From assembly GCA_016213245.1 (NCBI GenBank), contig JACRBC010000136.1, forward strand, positions 670 through 64,669: a stretch of DNA of 64,000 nucleotides, given 5' to 3'. Shown piece after piece: positions 50,285 through 57,120 of the stretch; within the stretch, counting starts at the first letter, position 1, and each line of letters begins with the position of its first letter. The DNA comes from Candidatus Solibacter usitatus. Its GTDB lineage: Bacteria; Acidobacteriota; Terriglobia; Bryobacterales; Bryobacteraceae. Below the pieces are notes generated by a model. It saw nothing but the letters and a program-made list of their open reading frames with translations. It had not been told where the DNA came from and did not search any database. The translations under genes and the position numbers were made by a program.

Positions 50285-50644
50285 ATGAAGAGACTTCTGG
50301 CCTTGATGGCCATCACCGCTCTGGCCGCCTTCGCGGCCGACATCACGGGCAACTGGAAGGCGACCGCGGAGGGGCCGAACGGCGCCATGCAGAGGACCTT
50401 CGCCTTCAAGCAGGACGGCGCGAAGCTGACCGGCGAGACCGTCAGCTCCATGTTCGGCAAGTCCGTGATCAACGACGGCAAGGTGGAGGGCGACATCGTC
50501 ACGTTCACCATCGTCGTGAAGTTCCAGGACAACGAGATGAAGGTCAACTACAAGGGCAAGGTGAACGGGGACGAGATCAAGTTCACCGTGGAAGGCGCCA
50601 TGGGCGGGCAGACCATCGAGTGGCTGGCCAAACGCGAGAAGTGA
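50285..50644 (+). CDS. Small secreted hypothetical protein (beta-rich)
   Basis: Signal peptide ending AFA, ADITGNWK...KQDGAKLTG; strongly optimised codon usage. Confidence 0.8.
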   Translation: MKRLLALMAITALAAFAADITGNWKATAEGPNGAMQRTFAFKQDGAKLTGETVSSMFGKSVINDGKVEGDIVTFTIVVKFQDNEMKVNYKGKVNGDEIKFTVEGAMGGQTIEWLAKREK

Positions 50645-50702
50645 CGCCGGATGCCCGCGAGTTCGGTTCATTCCGGAAACCGCAGAATGCTATGTTGACT
50701 CG

Positions 50703-50975
50703 ATGCGGACCACCGTCACACTGGACCCGGACGTCAAAGCGCTCCTCGACTGCGCCGTCCGCGAGCGCGGGATCTCTTTCAAGGCCGCGCTGAACGAGGC
50801 CGTCAGAAGGGGATTGGCCTATCGGCGCTCCCCTTCCACGTGCCGCTTCGTGCAGAAGACCTACGCGATGGGTGCCCAACAGTACTTCAGGTGGGACAAG
50901 GCTCTCTCTACGGCCGAAGCGATGGATGACGAAGAGCTGAGCAAAAAGCGCTCCCTGCGCTGCGCCCGCGCCTGA
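50703..50975 (+). CDS. VapB-like ribbon-helix-helix antitoxin
   Basis: MRTTVTLDPDV...GISFKAALNEAVRRGL; TGCTATGTT extended -10 ends 6 nt before ATG (leaderless-like). Confidence 0.8.
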   Translation: MRTTVTLDPDVKALLDCAVRERGISFKAALNEAVRRGLAYRRSPSTCRFVQKTYAMGAQQYFRWDKALSTAEAMDDEELSKKRSLRCARA

Positions 50976-51016
50976 GCACGGAGCCCCGCCTGCAATGGCG
51001 CAATCCGCTGGCCTGA
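50960..51016 (+). pseudogene. C-terminal remnant of a VapC (PIN) toxin
   Basis: Frame reads ...RLSTEPRLQWRNPLA*, resembling the FPGLRWxNPL tail of VapC toxins paired with this antitoxin class; the rest of the gene is missing. Confidence 0.55.
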
Positions 51017-51021
51017 GGTCC

Positions 51022-51080
51022 AGCCGTCAGAACTCAATCGCCCCCAGGATCTCGCTCGGCTTCAGCCCGAACGCCCGCGA
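51022..51080. repeat. 59-bp direct repeat, left copy (duplicate of response regulator 3' end)
   Basis: AGCCGTCAGAACTCAATCGCCCCCAGGATCTCGCTCGGCTTCAGCCCGAAcGCCCGCGA; 58/59 identical to 54192-54250. Confidence 0.95.
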
Positions 51081-51129
51081 TACAGGCCGCCGGCTTCCTG
51101 AGGACCGCCGCCCGCTCCGCAGTTTCCTA

Positions 51130-51188
51130 TTGCGCGCGCCCGAATTGTGGCATAGACTGTCTATGTAAGCGACCATAGACAGTCTATG
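51130..51188 (+). promoter_or_regulatory. padR promoter with two 15-bp palindromic operators
   Basis: TTGCGC-N17-TAGACT; CATAGAC-T-GTCTATG (51151-51165) and CATAGAC-A-GTCTATG (51174-51188, includes the ATG). Confidence 0.8.
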
Positions 51189-51533
51189 CCAAACAATGAA
51201 GGTTCCACTCGCGACCCGATCCCGCCGGGCACTCTGGACATGCTGATTCTTCAGACACTGGCCCGGCATGGCGAGATGCACGGATTCGAAATCGCAGACT
51301 CGATCCAACTGTCGTCGGCCGAGGTCTTGCAGGTGGAGGAGGGGTCGCTGTATCCCGCCTTGCAGCGCATGTTGTTGAAGGGTTGGCTGAAGGCGGAGTG
51401 GGGGAAGACGTCCGGGAACCGCCGGGCGCGCTATTACCGCTTGAGTGCGGCGGGCCGCCGGCGGCTGGATCAGGAGATCGAACAATACCGGCGCGTCTCG
51501 CAAGCCATTACGCGCATTCTGCAACCTGTCTGA
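51186..51533 (+). CDS. PadR-family transcriptional regulator (acidobacterial type)
   Basis: GTLDMLIL, MHGFEI, VEEGSLYPALQR, NRRARYYRLSAAGRRRL. Confidence 0.95.
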   Translation: MPNNEGSTRDPIPPGTLDMLILQTLARHGEMHGFEIADSIQLSSAEVLQVEEGSLYPALQRMLLKGWLKAEWGKTSGNRRARYYRLSAAGRRRLDQEIEQYRRVSQAITRILQPV

Positions 51534-51543
51534 GGAGGGCTTC

Positions 51544-54192
51544 ATGACCTTGGGCGAACTCTGGCGCCGGCTGAGTCATTTCGTGCGCCGCGACCAACTG
51601 GAAGACGAATTGGATGAGGAGATTCGTCTCCACCTCGAACTCCGGGCGAGGCGACTGCGGGAAGAAGGCGTTGAAGCGCGGGAGGCCCTCTACGCCGCCC
51701 GGCGGCGTTTCGGCAACGTGGCCGGGCTGCGGGAGCAGAGCCATGACATCTGGGCGTTCCGGTGGCTGGAGAAGCTGAGCGCCGACGTGCGGCTGGCTGC
51801 CAGGAATTCGAGAAAGAGTCCGTCGTTCACACTGCTGGCGGTTGGCTCGCTCTCTCTGGGGCTGGCGGCGACGACGGCCATCTTCTCATTCGTGAACGCC
51901 ATCGTGCTGAAGACGCTACCGGTCCGGGATGCTTCACGGCTGGTCTTGTTACGGCAGAGAAACGAGACCTTCCACATGGAAAACTGCTGCTTCTCCCATG
52001 TGTTTCTTCGGGAATTCCGCAAGGCGGAGACCGGGTTCGAAAATGTGCTGGCCGCCGCTGCGAAGGACGTCGGTCTGGTGGACGGGGACCGGCGTCAGGC
52101 CGTGACCGTGGAATTGGTGAGCGGCAACTACTTTCAGGTGCTGGGCGTCAGGCCGCAGTTGGGGCGCCTGCTGGACGAGTCTGACGATCGCGTGGAAAAC
52201 GGCTCGCGTGCGTGCGTGATCAGCGACCGTCTCTGGCGAGGCCTGTTCGCAGCATCACCCGGCGTGGTGGGGCGGCGCATCGTGCTGGAGAAGGAGCCGT
52301 TTCAGATTGTGGGAGTATCGCCGGCCGGATTTGAGGGCGCTACTTTGCACGGTCGGAGGGACGTGCAGGTATCGACGGCGTGGGCGGAGACCTTCTATGG
52401 CACTCCCCGCGACAACTTCAGTTGGTTGCAGTTGATCGGGCGCCTGCGGCCGGGAGTGTCGATGACTGAGGCGGCCGCAAGGATCGACCAGGTGGGCATG
52501 GCCATTGAGCGGGGCCAGGGCTTCACGGTCAGCGATGCTGATCATTTCCTGCTGCGGGACGGCAGCCAGGGATTCGGCTCACGCAAGGAGAAGCTGGGTC
52601 AGCCGGTGTTGTTGCTGTTGTCGATCGTCGGCCTGGTGTTGTTCATGGCTTGCGCCAACCTGGCCGCGCTTTGGCTGGTGCGATCACTGGAACGAGCGCG
52701 CGAGGCGGCGACCCGCGTGGCGCTGGGGGCGACGCGCTGGGATATCATCCGGCAGTTCCTCACGCAGAGTCTCCTGTTGTCCGCGGCGAGCGGGGTTCTC
52801 GCCTGGTGGATCGCCCAGTTCTTCGTGGCCGGACTGTTGCGCCTGATGGATACGCAACGAGAGGCGCTGGCGCAGCACGTGCGGCCGGATCCGATGGTGT
52901 TTGGCTTTTTCTGCGTGGCGACGATCGGCTCCGGATTGCTGTTCGGCTTGCTGCCCGCGTTACGGGCGTGGCGCACCGATCCGATGCCGCTGGTGCAGTC
53001 CGGCACGTTGCTGGCAGCCGGCAAGCGGGCCGGGGCGTACCGCGTTTTGATTGCTGTGCAGATTGCGGTGTCGGTCGCGCTGGTGTTCACGGCGGGGTTG
53101 CTGGCACAGACGCTGAAGAATCTGCGGGCGATTGACTTGGGTTTTCGGCCGCAGAACGTAGTCCAGACTGAAGTCGATTTCGGGCGGCTGGGCTATTCCG
53201 AGACGGCGGCGGAACAGGCGATGCGCAATGTGCTGCTGCGGGCGCGGACCTTGCCCGGAGCGCAATCGGCCAGCCTCTCGACGGTCAACTTGTTAACGGG
53301 TTCGATGGCCTCGTTTGTGTTGAGTATCCCCGGCTACGTCGACCCGAAGGGAATGCGGCCGACGTCCTATTTCACGAGAGTGAGCGCCGGCTACTTTCGA
53401 ACAATGGGCATCCCACTGCTGGCCGGCAGCGACTTCACGGCGCAGACTCGGGCAGGCGGCGAGGGTGAGGTGATCGTGAACGAGCAGTTCGCGCGGCGGT
53501 ACCTGGCAGGCGATGCGCTGGACAAGACGTTTGCTTATGGCGGCGGCCGGAAAGTGAGAGTGGTGGGACTCGTGGGGACGACGAAGTACCGGTGGCTGCG
53601 TGAGGAGCCGGAGCCCATCATCTATCTGCCGGCTGCCGCGGGCAGTTTCCCCGATAGCGCCTTCGTGCAGGTACGCAGCTCCGAGCCGCCGGAGACGGTG
53701 CTGGCGCAGATGAGGGTCCTGCTTCAGGGCGCCGATGCGCGCTTGCCGCTGGACCGTTTGACCACCCTGGAAGCGCAGATTGACGAAGCGCTGGCGGCGG
53801 AACGGTTGTTGGCCTTGCTTTCCACTGCGCTGGGCTCTCTGGCCGTGGCATTGGCGGCGATCGGGCTTTATGGTGTGCTTTCGTATTCCACGGCGCGGCG
53901 GACGCGGGAGATTGGAATCCGCGTGGCGATCGGCGCCCGGCGCGCGTCCATCATCCGCATGGTGCTGGGCGAGTGCACCTGGATGGTCATGACCGGCATA
54001 GCCGCAGGACTTCCTCTGGCGCTATTCAGCGGGAAACTGGTTCAATCGCAGATTTACGGGCTTCCGCCGGCCGATCTGCGGACGACGGCGCTGGCCGGGC
54101 TCTTCCTGCTGCTCGTATCGGCCGGCGCGGCGGTGCTGCCGGCATGGCGAGCTACGCGCGTTGATCCGGCTTCCTGCCTCCGCTACGAGTAA
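51544..54192 (+). CDS. ADOP family duplicated ABC permease (MacB_PCD/FtsX repeats)
   Basis: ELDEEIRLHLE, ARRRFGN, VSGNYFQVLGV, ACANLA, DLGFRP, GLYGVLSY...RRTREIGIRVAIGA, DPASCLRYE; no ATPase partner nearby. Confidence 0.93.
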   Translation: MTLGELWRRLSHFVRRDQLEDELDEEIRLHLELRARRLREEGVEAREALYAARRRFGNVAGLREQSHDIWAFRWLEKLSADVRLAARNSRKSPSFTLLAVGSLSLGLAATTAIFSFVNAIVLKTLPVRDASRLVLLRQRNETFHMENCCFSHVFLREFRKAETGFENVLAAAAKDVGLVDGDRRQAVTVELVSGNYFQVLGVRPQLGRLLDESDDRVENGSRACVISDRLWRGLFAASPGVVGRRIVLEKEPFQIVGVSPAGFEGATLHGRRDVQVSTAWAETFYGTPRDNFSWLQLIGRLRPGVSMTEAAARIDQVGMAIERGQGFTVSDADHFLLRDGSQGFGSRKEKLGQPVLLLLSIVGLVLFMACANLAALWLVRSLERAREAATRVALGATRWDIIRQFLTQSLLLSAASGVLAWWIAQFFVAGLLRLMDTQREALAQHVRPDPMVFGFFCVATIGSGLLFGLLPALRAWRTDPMPLVQSGTLLAAGKRAGAYRVLIAVQIAVSVALVFTAGLLAQTLKNLRAIDLGFRPQNVVQTEVDFGRLGYSETAAEQAMRNVLLRARTLPGAQSASLSTVNLLTGSMASFVLSIPGYVDPKGMRPTSYFTRVSAGYFRTMGIPLLAGSDFTAQTRAGGEGEVIVNEQFARRYLAGDALDKTFAYGGGRKVRVVGLVGTTKYRWLREEPEPIIYLPAAAGSFPDSAFVQVRSSEPPETVLAQMRVLLQGADARLPLDRLTTLEAQIDEALAAERLLALLSTALGSLAVALAAIGLYGVLSYSTARRTREIGIRVAIGARRASIIRMVLGECTWMVMTGIAAGLPLALFSGKLVQSQIYGLPPADLRTTALAGLFLLLVSAGAAVLPAWRATRVDPASCLRYE

Positions 54193-54250
54193 GCCGTCAG
54201 AACTCAATCGCCCCCAGGATCTCGCTCGGCTTCAGCCCGAAGGCCCGCGA
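54192..54250. repeat. 59-bp direct repeat, right copy (functional 3' end of response regulator)
   Basis: Matches 51022-51080 except G at 54242 versus C at 51072 (synonymous Ala codon on the minus strand). Confidence 0.95.
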
Positions 54251-54829
54251 AATCGCCAGCAGGCTCTCGATCGAGGGCAGGTTGGCCCCCCGTTCAATCG
54301 AGCTGATCTGGCTGATGCTCAGCTTGGAGATCGCCGCCAGCTCCTTCAGCGACCAGTCGCGTTCCGCCCGCAACACGCGGATGCGCTGGCCGAGCCTGTC
54401 GCGCAGGCGGTCCTGCAGCGTGCGCCCCAGCCCGTACTGCTCGGCCGCGTTGGCCAGCGACTGCCGCAGTTGCGCCAGCGAAAACGGCTTGGCCAGATAG
54501 TCAAACACCTTGAGCTGGAACGTCGCCCGCATGTCTTCCAGCGACGGATAGCCGGTGACGATGATCACGCACATTCCGGGGTAGCGCGCCAGCAGTTGCT
54601 CCAGCACCTTGTCGCCGCGCGACTCGCCCATCTTCATGTCCAGCAGGACGATCTCGGGCCGCTGCTCCTCGGCGGCCTCGAACAGCAGCGCCGGCCTGGC
54701 GACTGTGCGCACGGTGTAGAGGCCTTCATCGTTGAGGAAGTCCTCGATGTAGGTGAGGAAATCGAGATCGTCATCCAGCACCGCGATGTCGATCAGGCCG
54801 GTATTGCCGGCGAGTGGCTCTGCGCTCAT
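54197..54829 (-). CDS. Response regulator with XRE-family HTH output domain
   Basis: VLDDD, LLDMKM, VTGY, DYLAKPF receiver; RIRVLRAERDWSLKELA...SQISSIERGANLPS. Confidence 0.92.
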   Translation of the reverse strand: MSAEPLAGNTGLIDIAVLDDDLDFLTYIEDFLNDEGLYTVRTVARPALLFEAAEEQRPEIVLLDMKMGESRGDKVLEQLLARYPGMCVIIVTGYPSLEDMRATFQLKVFDYLAKPFSLAQLRQSLANAAEQYGLGRTLQDRLRDRLGQRIRVLRAERDWSLKELAAISKLSISQISSIERGANLPSIESLLAISRAFGLKPSEILGAIEF

Positions 54830-56304
54830 GATGCTTGCTCCTGCGGCGATGCGGGCAGGACCACCTCCAGCCGGGCGCCGCCACCCGGGCAGTTGGCCGC
54901 CGAAATGGCGCCTCCGTGCTGGCTGACGATCCCTTCGGCCACCGTCAGTCCCAGGCCCGTCCCGCGCGCGTCCAGCCGCGTGGTGACGAAGGCCTCGAAA
55001 ATCTCCGGCAGGACTTCGGGCGGGATGCCCGGGCCGTTGTCCTCGACGACGACCGCCACGCCTGGACGGCCATCGATGACGCGAGCCTTGGAACTGGCGC
55101 GGATGCGCCCTTCTCCGGCCGGCGCCGCCAGCAGCGCGTTGCGCAGCAGGTTGACGAACACCTGCAGCAGCCGGTCGGCGTTGCCGGTGACGCTCTGCCC
55201 CTCCCCGACGTCGTTCACGAAGCAGACCTCGGAGGCCTTCTCGTCGATGGCGACAAGCTGCCAGGCCTCATCGATCATGATCCGCAGATCCACCGGGCCC
55301 GTCTCCTGCCGCCGCAGACGCGCGAAGTCCAGCAGGCCTTCGCTGATCTTTCGCAGCCGCTCTGTGACCCTGATCATGCGCGCCAGCCGCGCCTGCGCCG
55401 GCTCTCCCGGCGTGGTCTCTATCAGTTTCTCGATGGAGCCGTGCAGCACCGCCAGCGGCGTGTTCATCTCGTGCGCCACGCTGGCGCTCAGCAGGCCCAG
55501 GCTCACCAGCCGGTCCTGCGCCTCCAGGTTGTGCTTGGCGGTCTCCAGGTCGTCCTCGCGCTTCCGCAGCTTGCGCACCGTCTCGTTGTGCGAGCGCATG
55601 ATGCGCCCGATCTCGTCGCCCGGGATGTAGCCCTCGTCGATGATCTCGGCCTCGCGGTTTCCCTCGCGCGTCGCCGTGTCGGCGTCCAGCAGCAGCCGCA
55701 TCGGCTGGTAGACGTAACGCGGCATGATGATCAGCTCCAGGGCCAGCACCGCCAGAATGTACACGCAGCCCAGCACGCCCAGCACCGCCAGCCGGACGGA
55801 CTTCAGCAGCCCGCGGTAGAACTCCAGCGGCAGCGTCAGCCGGTAGAACCTGTCGCTGCCGGGAACCTGCTTGAAGATGTGCTCGCTCAACGGCGCGCTT
55901 TGCCACGTGCGCCCGGCAAACCGCGTCATCCAGCTCCGCGCTCCGTCCGGCAGCCCGAACTCCTCCGCGCTTCCGGTGCGCAGGTCATAGGCGGCCAGTT
56001 CCTGCTGGCCCGCCTCGGGCGAAAGCGAGGAGAAGATGTTCAGGATCAGCGTGAGCTCTCGCGACTGCGCCTCTTTCAGCCTTTCCTCGGCCAGGTTGAG
56101 CACCGTGAAGTACACCCCGCAGGTCAGCACAAGGAAGAACAGGTTGTGCAGAACCATGAGCTTGGGGCGCACCAGCAGGTCGCCAAAGCGCCGGCTCATG
56201 CCGGTCAGGGGCTGGGGCTCAAGAATCTTCGAAGAAACGCCGGCGACGCTGCGAATCACCTGAGTCGCGGCGGCCCTGCGTTGCATCGAATTATTGCCTG
56301 ACAA
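54826..56304 (-). CDS. Membrane sensor histidine kinase
   Basis: Two TM helices, HAMP-like DEIGRI, H-box AHEMNTPL, NLLRNA, DNGPGI, GTGLGL; TTG start behind AGGAG, uncertain. Confidence 0.92.
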   Translation of the reverse strand: MSGNNSMQRRAAATQVIRSVAGVSSKILEPQPLTGMSRRFGDLLVRPKLMVLHNLFFLVLTCGVYFTVLNLAEERLKEAQSRELTLILNIFSSLSPEAGQQELAAYDLRTGSAEEFGLPDGARSWMTRFAGRTWQSAPLSEHIFKQVPGSDRFYRLTLPLEFYRGLLKSVRLAVLGVLGCVYILAVLALELIIMPRYVYQPMRLLLDADTATREGNREAEIIDEGYIPGDEIGRIMRSHNETVRKLRKREDDLETAKHNLEAQDRLVSLGLLSASVAHEMNTPLAVLHGSIEKLIETTPGEPAQARLARMIRVTERLRKISEGLLDFARLRRQETGPVDLRIMIDEAWQLVAIDEKASEVCFVNDVGEGQSVTGNADRLLQVFVNLLRNALLAAPAGEGRIRASSKARVIDGRPGVAVVVEDNGPGIPPEVLPEIFEAFVTTRLDARGTGLGLTVAEGIVSQHGGAISAANCPGGGARLEVVLPASPQEQAS

Positions 56305-56454
56305 GAATTCGTGCTCCTATTGCGGAAGTTTTGCTGCTGTGCTAGAAAAAACACTATGGCTCCAATCCGTTTGGAGCAAGCTGTACCCGCCTGGCCAATT
56401 CAGAGGGGCTCGGGCCTGACCACCGACCGACATCTTGGCTAAAGACATCTTGGC

Positions 56455-57102
56455 ATGAGTGCTATCTTCTCGAAGCAGTTCGACACCAAACTGCGTCTCG
56501 CCGCCGGTGCGGCGATTCTGCTGCTGGGCGCCGCCGGCGCGGTCCTCGGCTACCTCCTTCATCCTAAACAGCTCGACACAGGCTACACCCCGATGCAGCC
56601 CGTGCCCTATAGCCACAAGCTCCACGCCGGCAACCTGGGGCTGGACTGCCTCTACTGCCACAACACAGTGGACCGCGCCAGCTACGCTGCCGTCCCCGCC
56701 ACCGAAACTTGCATGAACTGTCATGTGCGGGTGAAGGAGAAGAGCCCCAAGCTCCAACTGGTCCGCGACTCCTACGCGACGGGCCGGCCCGTCCCGTGGG
56801 TCAAAGTGCATCGCCTTCCAGACTACGTCTATTTTAATCACCAGGCGCACATCACCTCCGGCGTGAGTTGCGTGAATTGCCACGGTCGCGTGGACCAGAT
56901 GGTGGAGGTGCGCCAGGTGCAGCCGCTGTCGATGGCCTGGTGCCTGGACTGCCACAAGAATCCCGCCCCCCACATCCGCCCGGCCGAGTATGTGACCAAG
57001 CTCGACTGGAAGCCGGAGGGCGACGCAGCCCAACTCGGCGCCTCGCTGATACGGGCCAAGGGCATCAAACCGCCCATCAACTGTTCCGGGTGCCATCGCT
57101 AG
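56455..57102 (+). CDS. actA: Alternative complex III pentaheme cytochrome c subunit
   Basis: Five CxxCH motifs (CLYCH, CMNCH, CVNCH, CLDCH, CSGCH), QPVPYSHKLH, N-terminal TM. Confidence 0.93.
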   Translation: MSAIFSKQFDTKLRLAAGAAILLLGAAGAVLGYLLHPKQLDTGYTPMQPVPYSHKLHAGNLGLDCLYCHNTVDRASYAAVPATETCMNCHVRVKEKSPKLQLVRDSYATGRPVPWVKVHRLPDYVYFNHQAHITSGVSCVNCHGRVDQMVEVRQVQPLSMAWCLDCHKNPAPHIRPAEYVTKLDWKPEGDAAQLGASLIRAKGIKPPINCSGCHR

Positions 57103-57120
57103 GCCCATTGGTGGAAGACG

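Larger units (their letters stand above)
51022..54250. mobile_element. Putative integrated cassette (PadR + ADOP permease) bounded by att-like direct repeats
   Basis: Repeats offset by 3170 bp enclose exactly promoter, padR and permease; no recombinase inside. Confidence 0.6.

Noticed and set aside
51027-51545. 172-aa minus-strand ORF ending like the response regulator (SRAFGLKPSEILGAIEF)
   Set aside because: Antisense to padR; the shared tail is just the 59-bp repeat, not a paralogous gene.
51090-54176. 11-bp direct repeat CCGGCTTCCTG near both inner cassette ends (51090, 54166)
   Set aside because: Short, GC-rich and out of register with the 59-bp repeat; chance cannot be excluded.
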